From positions 17,109,904 to 17,173,903 of the forward strand of contig CM119270.1 of assembly GCA_051294375.1 (NCBI GenBank): a DNA stretch of 64,000 bases, given 5' to 3'. A program made the position numbers and the translations under genes. Each line of letters starts with the position of its first letter. The first letter of the stretch is position 1. Shown piece after piece: positions 10,992-25,400 of the stretch. The notes under the pieces are model-generated. The model was not told the origin of the DNA. It did not search any database and was given only the letters and a program-made list of their open reading frames with translations. The stretch is from Paraspadella gotoi (taxonomy: Eukaryota; Animalia; Chaetognatha).

Positions 10992-11049
10992 CTTTTATAT
11001 TTGGAGACACGGGGGAAAAAAAATCAATGAAGGTCTTTTTTGGATTCCA

Positions 11050-11083
<34 letters not shown>

Positions 11084-12070
11084 AGAAAATGGAAACAAAA
11101 AAGACGAAGACGAAATCCGCGACTGGAACAAACGAGAGATATTGACGTCCCTCTCCTATTTATCTTCGTCTTCATCGTCGTCGTCGTCGTCATCGTCATC
11201 GTCGTCATTATCGTCGTCTTCGTCGTCATCATCGTCGTCTTCGTTGTCGTCATTGTCGTCGTCGTATAAGATTTTTACAAGGATTTCGGTTTCCGGTCAA
11301 CGACGATGATGATGATGATGATGACGATGACGACAACGACGACAACTAAAAGTAACTAGTGACGACGATGAAGAGACGGATGACCGAATCACGTGACCTA
11401 CAGGTAAGGTCGAGTTCGAATCGACGACGACGGTAAGGACGGCGACGACGACGACGACGACCGTGAAGACGTAATCGGTTCTTATTTGCTTTGGTTAGAA
11501 GTGAATTAGAACGGAGTCTTGAGGGTGCGGTTTCTATTGGGTGAGATTCGTGGTTGGGTGAGTCAATGTATCAGGGACGTTACTGATTTCCGTATGAAAT
11601 TTCAATATTTGAATTCATGTCTTTTCGTAAATTCGTAAATTTGTCATAAGAAATTTCACGAACAAGGATTTTTTGAGATGACTTAACTTGAGTGGGATTG
11701 AAGCCCTGACCACTTCCCATTTCCCATCCATCCGCCATTTTCAATCACACGGAACCAATTGTCCACTCCCCACTCCCCACTGCCCACCCTCTCGTGACCA
11801 CCAACCCCGGGTCGTCCAATCCTCGCTCTCCCGATAATCTCGAATCGAATTCCCAGGCGTCGAAGGTGAAGTGAATTGTTTACACGACGACGACGAAGAC
11901 GACGACGAAGACGACGACGAAGAAGACGACCAATGCCCTCTTCAGAACCAAAGATGAAGAATGGATTTAATGACCATGAGTCCATGACTCTTTAAAGATC
12001 CTATGTGGTCACTGACCAAGAATCCGAGCAAAATATTCCCAGAATTCCCAAACAATGTTATCAAACTCAC

Positions 12071-12193
12071 CAACGCATCTCCTCCTGTCGTCGCTGAGAC
12101 GAAATCCGGCGCGGCAGCTGCAGCGGTGACTGCCGCGCAGGTTTTCGCAGAATTGATCGCAGCCGCCGTTGCGGTAGCCGCATTCGTCGATGT
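12071..12193 (-). CDS. Calcium-binding EGF-like domain exon (123 nt, phase 1-1)
   Basis: Encodes DIDECGYRNGGCDQFCENLRGSHRCSCRAGFRLSDDRRRCV: six Cys plus the D-I-D-E-C and C-x-N cbEGF consensus. Acceptor ctttcag, donor gtgagt. This frame is not in the ORF track. Confidence 0.95.
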
Positions 12194-13279
12194 CTGAAAG
12201 ATGGAGGGCTGAATTAAAAACTCATTTGCATATTGCAGAGTTATGTGCGTTCAAACGCGGAAGCGAATAAGTCATAAAGGTAGTTCAGGTTCTGTAAAGT
12301 AACCCTTAAGATGATAATATGGATTAAGGAGGTAAATGTTTTAAAAAGACTTTGATAATAAAACATTTTTTTTTATAGTAAGCTTAGAATTTTCATTAAT
12401 GTGACACGTATGTTGCCGAGTTACTTATATATAGTATTTCTCAACTAGTTAAAATATTTTTCTTTCGTAACTTTGCTTTAACTTTATCTTCTCCTTTTAC
12501 ATTTGGACTTTAGGTCGTTTATGTCATCACGTTATGTCATTATGTCATTGCGTCCTTTTACGCCATTTCAGCTCCTATATGTTTTGACTATTTTATTGTG
12601 TCATTGTCATTGTCATCGTTCGTATTTTACGTGGAAAAAAATTAACTAATTAACTAATTAGGAATACACGGTTTTACATGGGAGTTTTAATCAGTTTCTT
12701 TCTTTTAACCTTCGATGCATATGTTTTTTATTTCTTTACTCTTATTTCAAACGTCTCCTAAATCCTCAACTTATATACGGGATTACATTACAGTTTATTC
12801 TAGTATAATTTTATATACTTTATAAATTTTATTTTACTTTTTAAATTTTTTAAATTTAAACTTAATTATTTTTTATAATATATTACATCTTGTCAACTAA
12901 GAGTCGTAAATATATAATTTCTTTCGTTGACTCTTGTCTCTTTGATCGCGAAAAGAGATGATCTTTTTTCATCAAGTAACAAAGAAAGTAGAATTGACGC
13001 GACAGCAACTGAGTCTGTCCAGAGCGAGCGTGAATCCTGGAGGACATTGGCAATAGAAGGATCCAATGGTGTTGCACAACCATGAAGCGATCGCCATTGT
13101 TTAAGGCGCATTCATTGACGTCTGGAATGAATGAATAAATAAATTAATGAATGTTCTATGAAGCAGGAGCAAAGAATAAAGACGTGAAATAATGAATGAA
13201 TGAAATAAGCTAATAACAAAAAAAAGTAAAAGGAAGAAATATATAAAAAATTGATCAGATTTACAAGAAACGAACTGGA

Positions 13280-15100
13280 CGAATGAAAAAATCCCTCGAC
13301 CAACCGTATATGACACGACGGTCCTTGAAATCCAGTGCGGACAATAGACACAGACTATCTTCCTTGCGACGCCGTCGTTTCCGACGAGGACGTCGCCACG
13401 TTCTTCCATCTTCTCCGGTCGTTCCACCCGACCAGGCGTCGTCCGTCCTCGGCGGCGGCCGCGCGATTTTGCGCTTGCGACTGCCCCGACTTGCTGCTGG
13501 CTGCGCTGCTCTTCCAGCCGCGCCACGGAGTGAGTTCCAGCACGCTCCTTCGCATTCTCTCTATTTAATTTCTCGTGCTTCTCGCTCTCTTCGTCTCTCG
13601 TCTAGTCTCTCGCTCTGCACTCTCTCTCTGCTCCGACTCGTCGTATCCTTCCTCCTTCCTCTGGCCGCTTGTCTTAAGATCTTACCCGAAGTTTCGTATC
13701 TCTGCCAAGGTTTTCTCTCACATCGATTCTGGTATATCCTCAGCGTCGTCAAGTATCTGCCAGACGCAACTGTCTGCTGTCATAAGTCCGAAGGCTGACT
13801 GATGCTCTCGGGGCGCGAAAGTGACGGGAATCCGAGCAGAGTGCAGCCTGATTCGCTTCGTCGTCGTGATCTCCTCTTGTGTCTGTCTTCTACGAGAGTA
13901 TACTTACGTTCCTTGCGGTCGTTCGATTCTAGAATAGAATACAGATCCGTTGGCGATTTCCTCACCTGTCTGTTCTGAGACGTCGGTTTAGTGCGCTTGC
14001 CTCCCGATGCGTCGCAGTCGGCATCTTCTGTACGTATATGATTTCTCCTTTGATTAATGCGTTCTCATACTGCGGATATTCACCGACTGTCTCTCGCCGA
14101 TATACGATATATCGCATACTCCGTGAGTCTCTTAGTTCCAGTCCATTTGACCGGGTGAGTTGTGCTTATTTCATAATCATCTTTTGCGATTTTAGTTCTT
14201 CTCGTGAATTACGACACGAAGGTTTCGAGATTTCCGAGTATCAATTAATCACGTTCAACAGAACCATATCAATCATAAATCCTTATGTGCTGCACCGTCT
14301 AAAGTGTGTGGTCGCTGCCAAATCAGTGATCTTTATATCGCTTTCTGTTTTATGCACTGTTAACCACTCCTCTGGATGTATAGCATTTTTATCGGAGAGT
14401 GGGACACGTACGTGCGAGTTTTGTGTGATGTGACTCACGTATATGCTGAGCGTTACCGGGTTGAGACTGCGCTATACGAATCTGTGGAGCCAATAGATGC
14501 CGAATCTAGCCGCGGAATCCGGTGTGGAGCTGATCGACCGACCGAAAACGTAGTGGATTAACCGGCACTGCGGTATCAGTTTGTCGTGGCGTACTGATTA
14601 CGTAACCTGACGTGCCGACGAATCTGAAAATATGATTCGCGCGAGTTCTGAAGTTCTCAGCGTGTACCTGCTCCAGAACTGATCCAATTCGGGGTTGACG
14701 TACGATAAAAGTGAACTAGACTATGATTTATCGTTGGGGTCAGATAGACTGTCTGTGACTGCAGCAATCGATTGTGTTACAAAAAGTACTGTCATTGACT
14801 CACACAGTTAAATAAACGCTCATTTTGACGATACCCATGTTGAGATGTTACATGAACTCGGATCGACCCGATCATTGGCAGTGAACTTGCACGACGAGAA
14901 ACGTACTCGAGTCGTGGTTGGAGTGTTGATGAAATGTGATGAGAAGGCTGACAAGAAGTAGTCTTCTGGCTAGGAGCGACTTCCAAGATGATGTCCCACA
15001 TACTCGGGACGTCGGTGATGACTGTGCGTCATAGCAGGAAATGACTACTTCCGTTGATGAGCAGTAGCGCCGCGATAACTGAGGATTGAATAAAGTAAGA
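13280..15100 (-). other. Degenerate or error-rich coding-like block, possibly a transposon relic
   Basis: Raised GC over ~1.8 kb, with short broken frames including R/S/E-rich segments. I could not recognise any domain motif. Confidence 0.2.
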
Positions 15101-18100
15101 CCCAGAAGAATGACGTGACTCAGTGTAAGTGATGAAGTGATGACAGAGGAGCATGATAGATGAGAAAGAAATAAATAGTTATATTGAGATTAGGCTATTA
15201 TAATTGAATGACTATAATGAATGATTGACTTACCCACGTGGAAATCAATATTGTTATACGTTCTTTCGAGTAGTATAAAAAAATCGAGTTTGTTAGAGAT
15301 TCAATGATCGGGCATTTTGTACTCTAATCAACATAACTTATTTCATTCAAATAACACAAATACTAAGTATAACAGGACCAACAACTCTGAAAAATCTCTA
15401 TTTTTTGTACATAATTTAAGTTTTGTATAAAACGATACTAACAGTCTAAGTTGCAGATATGTCTGGCAAGATATAGACATGTGCTCTCGACTATACCTGA
15501 TTTACACATCTCATCTCGACGGATGTTAAAGACCGTACACTTGTAGGCTCCACTCTCTCACCTCTTTACCGATACCTTTTGCGACGACGACGACCAGTAG
15601 CAACGATAATTCAGGCTCTCTCGGATCTTGCGAACTCTGCATACGCTGGCCAGTATGATAAATTGAGATATAGTTACAATAAGGAGTAAATGAAAAGAAA
15701 AGATGTCATGTGATAGAGAAGAGATCCGAGAAATAGCAGATATGTGAAGTATTAAAATGCAGAGAGTGTTGAGGAAGAAATATATATAGATGAAAAGAGT
15801 AATATAGGAAATAATGATAGATCTCATCGGTATATATATCTCTGTNNNNNNNNNNNNNNNNNNNNNNNNNNNNNNNNNNNNNNNNNNNNNNNNNNNNNNN
15901 NNNNNNNNNNNNNNNNNNNNNNNNNNNNNNNNNNNNNNNNNNNNNTATTCATACTGTTATAATACCGGATAAAAAAAGAAAAAAAATACCATAGATTCAG
16001 TATAATTATGATTCAAAACCAGGAGCAAGTAGCCTGTGATATCTACGCGGTCGGCGCGGGGTATCTTCTCTATCAACCCATCCTGGTGTAGGAGAGGCTG
16101 CGGGACGACCCAGTGACCACTAGTCTTCCCTTGCACCCCTTGTCACTGGACCATGTTTAGTCCTTAAGGTTCAATCCGTCACATTTTACTAAACACAGAA
16201 TAACACTGGGTATACTCCAGTTAAATTTTTAAAAGGATTTGTAACTTTCTCGGGCCCTTGTCCTCATCCAGCGGATGAATGAGATGATTTAGGCCCTACT
16301 CAGCTCCCCATTCAGACGTAAGGCTGAGGACGGACAGCCACTGAGCGCAAGCTTTTACAGTCTTGCTGCTCTCCACATCAATATAACAAAATTTCAAACC
16401 TCCAATCTTATTCTAACATATCCAATTCTATGATTATAGTTAAAAGGAGTTATAATTTATGTCGAGAGATTTAGTTATTAGAGTACATGTGATAAGATGA
16501 AATTAGCATGGCCGTATAAATGATTTTCACGTAAAACCTATCCGACTAGCGGTTTAATCATGGTATCTATTATTCGCATTCGTGGAAAAAAAATTATCAC
16601 GAGAATTAATTTTATAACCCCAAACTCCTCAATATCCTTCAACTACTCGATTAAACCACTTCGTCGGGGAGTCCGGATCCAGTACAATTTTCTCTATATA
16701 TCCATGTTCTCTATAATCTTAATTTCCCACCCGATTACAACGAACCCACACATAAAAATCGCTGAGATTTTGAGGAAACTTTAAAAGAGAATCGAATCTG
16801 GGTTCCATTCTTTCTCCGTCCCGTTCTCACTCTTCAGACGTCGTCGTCAAACTAAGAAGATGCGACCGATGTTCTCGAAGATCCCGTCGCAGGACGAATG
16901 GTTGACGTCGTCGGGGTTATACGTTCTATCTCGTACAATTCTAATGTTGTCACTAAGCCAGAGAAGTCGGTGACGTTACTCGCGACGAAGTCATGCGAAC
17001 CAGGTAGCTTCCAACAAATATGACCCCTACTGATCGGAGGATGGGCGTCCGGTTTGGGTGGGATGGTAACGGGTGAAGATATGGTTCTTAATTCGCAATG
17101 CGCTCACTGCGCGAAACCACTCTCTACCATCACGAGGTATTTAGGTAAGCTTTTCTCTCATTAGGCTGAAAGCAGTGAGGGACGTGGAGACGGTTTGAGC
17201 AATTGATATGGTGGAACTATATATTACGAACCGCAAATAGAGATAGGTGTATACGATTATTAGCACTCTAATTTAGATCCAAATACGTCTTATCTGAATA
17301 AATAAGTGAAACGAGGACTCTATGAAGGTTAAGAACCATCTTCCTCATATAAAATTATATGGTTTGAGCTTCTTTATTGCATTAATCTGTTTGACTACAC
17401 CTCCTGCGTTCAGAAAGCTCCACCACTATTTAAATTAACTAAAACAGGAAAAAAAATGCAAGCATATAGATCAATAACTATATGACGAGTGACACCTGTG
17501 ATTCTGAATTTTCCGTAAAACAAAGCCGCTGTTTTAGTATTTGTTATACCGATTCTTTACTTTTTCGAGTAAATGCGGGATTTACATACTAATCCAGCCT
17601 GTGTAATCGCGCGAGCGAATCAAAGGCAAAAATAAAAACTCAATTTCGCCGAGAGAGATACGCGCTAGAGTACGAAGACAATTCAAAATAAAAATGACTA
17701 CCGTTGAGATTAACAAAAAGTTTTGCAAGTATATTCTCTCTGTTTTTTCAAATCGAAGGATAATTTTTGATTCGCGTGGAAACCTTTAAAAACCCATTTA
17801 TCACACCAATCGGAGCATCTTTGGAATGTAGCTTCACCCTATAAGACTTTATGCTCGAGTCACGACGAAGTCAATTAAAGGAATTAAAAAAGTTTTTTTC
17901 TCTTTCTTTTCCTTTTCTTTTGTAATTCGTTTTTTAAGACAAAACCGGATCTTCAAAGAAATTCCTATGAGCGTACAAAGAGTTCTTGCATGCACGACTG
18001 TCACGTTCCTTGACCTTACACTTTCGCATGATTGCACCAACACAACTCTCCCTGATACACAAATAAAATTTCTTCGCAGGATGCAGGATGAAGGAGAGTA

Positions 18101-18829
18101 CCACAATCACGGCCCACTGGGTCCAACCTCATTGAAGGGGAGTGAATGAAACTGCCGCTACACTTTATGATGATTACAATATAGTGAGAGTCTGATACAT
18201 ATATTATTCTTTGATGTGATTTATGTCCATTTAAGACGTGTCATTTCTCTCCACCTGACGGGACTCATGTTCTCTATATTCAGACTAACATTACATATCA
18301 GCTCAAGTAATTACGACGGAGATGGACGTCCCTTGTGCCTGTCCTGTCCTGGCCTTACAAAAACCGGAAGGGCCAAGAATAGCTAATTTATGTATTATTG
18401 ACCTGTGGTAATCACGTTTACCATTATATTCACTGATAGTATATATTGTTATTTCATTATAATGTACTTATATACTTCACTAATAAATTTATATATTTGA
18501 GATAATCACACTTTATTGAGTCCACTTATCTCACCACAACCTACTTCGATGCTGACAGTATGTGTGAGCTTTTATTTTGAGTGGGCTAAATGGTAGTCTT
18601 CGTACTGGCTGACGGTTACGCAAAATATCAATTGACCCGTTGAAGGCGTCTCGCGTCATAGAAATTAATAAGAAAAATCATCACCTTGAAAGAGAAATGT
18701 AGAGCGGAAACACAGGGAACCGGAAGAATACTTGAGTTGGTATTCAAACTTCGATGGCGGTTGTATCTACGATTATAAATCTAGAAACACGGCGGAGGCG
18801 GAGTTTTCTTCCAAAACGAAACGGAAAGC

Positions 18830-19690
18830 CAGGGTCAGCACCAGACGGAGACGGTACGGAGCGGACGGACCGGTCAGCGGACCTGCACGTGCAACGGACG
18901 GACGGACGAGACGGAGGACGGTACGGGATCAAACGGACGGAATTCCATTCGGACGGACGGAACGGCGGAACTCGAGCGCGGCAGACAGACGGACAGAGTC
19001 TCATCTCGTTCCTCGGTTGGCCACACTCGGGATTTTGCGAGATGGTTTTTGGACTTGGATTTCTTCATCGAATGATGTCTTAGCTCACTCTTTTTTGTGT
19101 TGTTGGGCGGAACTATTATAGTAATCTCTATAATTTCGCATGTTCTGACATGATAATAGTGCCGCAGTTCTGTTCGTAGTACCGCAGCCGAACCATAAAG
19201 AGATTCGCACAATCTATTATTAAAAGATCTGCTCGGGATGTGACTATTCGAGGCCACAGGGAAGTTTTTGGCCAACTTAAACTTTAAGAGCAAAAAGATC
19301 TGGCAACAACTCCTTCAAAACGAAAAAATTCCGTAAGCAAGAAAGTCAGAGGAGTATAATATAAAGAGTGAACGATCTTTATTCAAAATGTAAGATAAGT
19401 TATAAGCAGAGTACGGGATCAGGCACGTGGATTCAATGAGACGATGTATATGCCACGACTTAAAAGACAAGACGGTGAGAGCGAAGTGTCGCGGGAATAG
19501 GCCAAACTCATATCAAAAAGACGCAGGAAGCGAGTGTTGTTCTTGAATAACAAAAAATAGCCGATATAGGACAGCCGCGCCAAACACAGGTCAGGACTTG
19601 GAAACTGCGTGCAAACCAATGAATCAAAATTCCTCAAACTCGTCATGTGAGCGTGAGCCTAATACATCCGACGGATCGCCGGTCAAGAGC
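18830..19690 (-). mobile_element. Degraded copy of the Helentron/DINE-1-like element
   Basis: Degenerate (GGAC)n. tgttctgacatgata..gtgccgc is shared with 34331, and cgccggtcaag is shared with the terminal hairpin at ~34610. Confidence 0.5.
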
Positions 19691-22490
19691 TACTCTCTTG
19701 TAATAAAAAGTTGAATAATTTTTATATTAGCATTAAGCATCAATGATAAACTTTGTAACATAAATAAAATTATAATATATTAAAAACATTTAATCATATT
19801 ACACTCGTGTATAAAAGTATATAATTCTGGAATTTTTTTATCGAGAGAGTATTATATTTGTGTTGTATTGCACGAAACGTGTGAGATGAAATATAAATAT
19901 GAACATATGTTATATTCATTAAGTGACGGCATTGAGCTGCATGGCAACAGTCATTCGTTTTCCTCCACGAACCCCTAAGCTCGTGTGGTTCTTGACTGAT
20001 CCGGAAGCATTCAGGGACTGCTTATAATGAACGGTTCTGTCACTTAACCACCCATTATTAATAATTACTTCCGTCGTGTTTGCACATTTTCTTTAATGTT
20101 TGAACTATCTCCCAAGTTTAACATAAACTCAAAATTAATTAAGAGCTTACACGCGACAAGATTTTTTTTTTATGCTTTTCATATAAAAGAAAGATATCCA
20201 AGAAATAATAATCTCTACAGTATTCCTTGCACCTTTAATTTTAAAAACACTCGGAACAAATGAAATAAACAAAAAAATTAAGACGAACAATCGTATTGGC
20301 TTCGAAATAAAAAGCAGGAATTGTTAAAAAAAAAATCAAAAAATGAAATGCAGTTTAATTAATGAATAGAGAACGTCGAAAAGTTTAAATATGAAATGAA
20401 AAAAAACATCCTATACCAAGATTTGATAAAATGTGGAATTAGTTCCTTTAAGGAAGGTGGAAATCAAGGGAGAACTGCGTTTGCCGGCGATCTCGCGGGG
20501 ATCGGGGATTGCGGGGATGGTAGCCCCGTTACACAACTTTTTCAAGATACATCTTTATGGGAGAATGAAATGGAAAACAATCTTAATGAAAATCGTTGTA
20601 AGTACAGCTCCTGTGCAAAAAAAAAAAAGGGAACAACGAACCCAAAAAAACATTATAAATAAATCAAGTTAGATTCCTTTAAAATTAAAAATATTATAAT
20701 TTATAAATATTCATGGAAGGAACTATTGTTTAATTTTGGTTAATCACGTGGCTTATCCGTGAAGGCAGAGATTTTTTAAAAAGTAACTACTAGGTTATTC
20801 CAATTACTCATTTAAGTACTCCAAACAGGATGATCTTCAGAAGCAGAAGAAAATTTAATTATTCCTTAAAAACTCATGTCTATAAGAGTGCTGTAGACTT
20901 TTGAATGACTTTCCTGTCCGATTTTAAATTTTAAGTTAAGCACAACATGGAGTTCCTTTTTTAAAAAGTCCTGATAATTTCTCATTAAGTACCATAATTT
21001 TTAAAAGCATAAATACTAGATCCCTATAAAATTAAGGCTAAAAAACGAATCTTTCAGTTTTTGGCAGATTTTAAAATATTTCCTTTTCCTATTTGTAAAT
21101 GACTAAACCATTGCACGAAATGTCTTTTGAACCAATAATAGCTCTTGGAATGCTTTCCGGCAAACTATTTCTTTTTAACTTCATTCTTAAAGGGATTTCC
21201 ATTATCAAAAATCTAACATATCATAATAATTTACTTTTTACTAATATATTGTTTCAAAACCGTCAGCATTATACACCTTAAGTTTGAAGAGGGGTCCTAT
21301 TTTTAATTGGCAAGGACTGTAAAGGACAAAATACGAACGATAAAATTTGCCAGATGAAAGTTTGCGACCTCTAGGGCAAAAAATATAATTAGAGACGAAA
21401 AAAAACGAATGACAAAAGAGCATGGCATATTAGAAAAGGGAATATGGATTACGTTGAATGAGAGCAAAAGTAGAACTTTATTTTACTCAACCAAATGTAT
21501 AAATTTATAGTACAAAGTGTCATCCCGAGATGGACGAATTATTTTTTTTTTCTAATAACGACGACCGCCTCGTCGTTAAAACAAAAAGAACGAACTGTAC
21601 CAATATTCATACCGAAAGAAAATGTATAAAGTTATTGAAAATTTTGTTTTGAAAGGGAGAAGTCATGTATATATATTGTTTTGAGCAACAATAATTTACG
21701 TTCTCAAATTTGGGGGTTGTGCCTGGAATATTTTCATTTTTTATGGGTAAAAATTATTTGAACGCAACATTAAGATGTTTCTCAATAGGGATGGTCAATT
21801 TTTAAAAGAGAAAGTGTTCACTATGTGTGGCAACAAGAAGGGCGACCGCCACGTTTGCACGGCGGCCACTAATACCAAGAAGGCAGACACACACAGTTGC
21901 CAATCAGAGGACGTTTATTAAAAGTGGCTACACGTTGAGATGATTAATCTCTTGAACGCGCGTTTCGGGTGCCTAGAAGAGAGAGAGAGAGAGAGAAGAG
22001 AAGAGAGAGAGAAAGAGAGAGAAGAGAGAGAGAGAGAGAGAGGGGGCTTGGATAAGAACTCAAAAAGTGAATGTTTAGTCTCCGAGGGTGGGGGGGGGGG
22101 GCGAAATAGTTTTTGGGAAAGGTAAGGGTTAACGAGAATTGGATTAAGGGGGAGAATGTATATGTGAAAAGTAAGGTTCTAAATTTTCAGAACGAAAAGG
22201 GTACTTCAAGGAATTTTTAAATGCAGAGAATGGTAAAGTCATGGTCACTTATCATAAGGTCAGGATTTAATGATATTAAGGTTAGAGTGGTGAGCCATGT
22301 AAAGAATTGAAAAAAGTAATCAGGGTAAGGACGGGCTAAAAAAAAAAATCTCAGACGCAATAAATATTCTTTTTACGAAAATCGATAACTAATTTTTTTT
22401 GTCGCTTCGGATTTGCGTTTTTTCTGAGTGAATATCGTGACTGACATCGCGCCTGTTTTCTGTTTATGGCCTTTTTTTTTTTTTTCCCCT

Positions 22491-25400
22491 TCATGCGCTT
22501 CGACGATGCTCGCATCTGACTTCGAGATGGCGCTGCAGGTCTTTCATGATCCTTCCAGATTCGCCATCTCTTGGGACAATTCTTCGTGGAGACGGATTTT
22601 TTGATGGATTTGCTACTGGAACGAAACGGACAGGACTCCTGCGGGGGGGGGGGGGTAAGAGGGGGGGAAAATCAATCAATTGATTGCTTAATAGAAATTA
22701 TCTTAGTCAATCAATCCAAAATCGAATAAAGTCAAATCAAATTACACAATCAAACAAATAAAAAGAAAATCAATCAAGATCAAATCGTTCAAATCAATAA
22801 ACCAAATATAAATCAATGTAATCAGGGAACACATCAAATCCAATGGATTTAAAATCAAATCAAATTAATAAATCTTTTCAAACAATCAAAAATCGATTGC
22901 AAAAACCATATACAAATCTATCAAAATCTCGGGTCGATCAATCAAAATTCAACTCAAATCCTCAATCCACTCACACGGAATGCCGTATGTCTCCATTCCC
23001 GAAACAATCCACCGTGAGAAAGTTTTTGATTGTGGGCGTCTTCGGGCGATGGTCAAGCGTCCCTAGGGCGGTCGCGCTTTGTTTGAAGGGCCGAGTTTGA
23101 CCCGTCTTCTGTAGGGGAGTTTACTTGGGGCTAGCGGCTTCATGGCTGATTTAAAAAAAAAAATTATTATTACTTTACGTTTTAGTTTATGTTAGATTTC
23201 GTTTGAAAAGTTATTTTATTATTCAGTTTTTTTAATTAATCTTTTAGATTGTTTTGATAATCGCAGCATTGCAAGCAACGATTATTTATGCCAATTTTTT
23301 CTGGCCCACTCACTTTTTTTAAGGCGCCCATAATCGCTCTTTGATACTAACTTTTGAATACTAAATCTTTGATACTAAACCTTTTAACCGTTTGTGTACT
23401 GTAATGTTAAGTTTCGGGAGAGTTTTAAAACAGCATAAATAACAATAGAATGATAATTTTCTTTAATGGGGGTTTAAAGAGTGGCAGTTTTATTGTTTTT
23501 TTTTTGTCAATATTTCGATTTACTGTTACCATAGAATCAATGACAAATATTTCCGTCTAAAAGACTTCTATTGAAAAATTATTTTCAATGTAAATCTAAA
23601 ATTTTGGCCAAAAAAAGAAATAAATAAAAACAAACAAAATAACCAAAAAACTAAAAAACTATAAGAATCGCACTTGTAAAAACTCCACCCGTTTTTATAA
23701 TTTGAAAATATTCCCTTCTAATTAAATAACCCTGTGCAATCACAGTGTGGCATTCATCTTGCATAAGCAAACAATTAACAAACACATAAATAACATCCTA
23801 TCTTCAGAAGGTTCCTTATTCCTACCGCGACCACGTCAATCGCCCCTTACCCGATTAAAATTTTTACAAAACAACCCTACCCCTGCGATTTTATAACATT
23901 CCACACTCCACACGCCCTCATCACAATCCTAATCATCATTCATTTTTAGGCCTACACAAACATGACCGGTACCAATCGCTAAGTTGATTAAGGAATGTGA
24001 TTTGATCTTTACATGCCAATACAGAAAAAAAGAGAATAAAACAAATATTTTGAAATAATCAAGCTGAATCATTCAGAGACCCTTAGCTATGACTTCTGTT
24101 AAAGGCCCACCCTTAGAGGGACACAATAAAATAATGATGTTTTATTTTATATTATTGGCAATAAAACAGACCAAATCAATTCTCATCAACTCCTGAATCT
24201 ACCGCACAAGAAAACACGACACCCTGCTCCACGCGAAACGTGTTTGGCGTTGGAGGACGGAGGAGAAAAGTGGGAGGCGGACCGGGAACCGAGAGAAACG
24301 ACTTGAGGGGTGACCCTGGGGCGATGGAGAGAGGTCGACTTGAAACAAAGGGGGGATGGTGGTTGCTTGTGGGGGCATGGGGTAAGGATACGGGGGGAAC
24401 GCCGCTGCCGCAGGATCGACCTGGTAAGGTGAAGGGGTGAGGAGATGAAAGAAAGTTAACTCCGGCGACGACGTGTTAATATAAAAAAAGGGCTTAAAGT
24501 TCATATTTTAAAAAAATGATGAAGGATTTAAAGGAAGAGAAGAGAGAAAGTAAGAAGGCTAGGTTTGAATCCCTCGTCGTCCGAACTTACCAATCCTTCG
24601 CTGCTCATGGTCGGGAACTCTGTGGGCGTTGAGGGGGGAATAGATCAACGGGTGAAGGAATGAGGTGTGTATATGAATCGTAGGGAATGCGGATGTTGTG
24701 TGTTGTATCGGGTTGACCGACACGGGGGAGTGCCGCATCTTTGCCGTCTGGGATGGTGACAGAGCACTTGGCGGAGTCGTGGGGGGGATTTGTGATAATG
24801 ATATCCTTTTTAAAACATTTCAAACAAAACGATATTTATAAACAAAATTAACTATATTAGTCAGCTCTAAACGCCAAACAAAGATTTTTCGGTTTCTCGC
24901 ACGTCTGTAATCTTGTTAAACTATACCAAATGAATCACAAAATGAAACCCTTACCTTCCCCAGAATAACTCACAACCGCTACGCTCGAGGTGGGCGTGAC
25001 CGTGTTGTACTCGAAGCGAAGTTGCATTGACTTGAAGCGGCGGATAACGCGTCGACCGCTGATTCACGGGTTCCATCGCGTGAACCCAGAAGTATTGTGT
25101 AAGAGACGCACGGCTGAACTATATGGGTTCGCCTGGACGGATAAATATTAAACAGACCTCTTAGATCTCATTTACAATATTGCAGTGTATAGGCTTTTAT
25201 TTCTGACCTTGAGAAAGGAGTTTAAACATTTTTAGAGAGAGGGTAGTTTAAAGAGCTAGAGTATAAAAAAAAAAAACCAAAAAACAGGTAAGATAATAAA
25301 TTTCTAAACTATAAAACAAATACTAAGAACGAGAAAATGTCTCGGCTTATCAAAAAGCGGAATTGAAAAAGAAAAGAGACATTAGGGGCAAAAGCATTTC

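Noticed and set aside
12003-12197. + strand Ala-rich 64-aa ORF
   Set aside because: It is the antisense shadow of the cbEGF exon.
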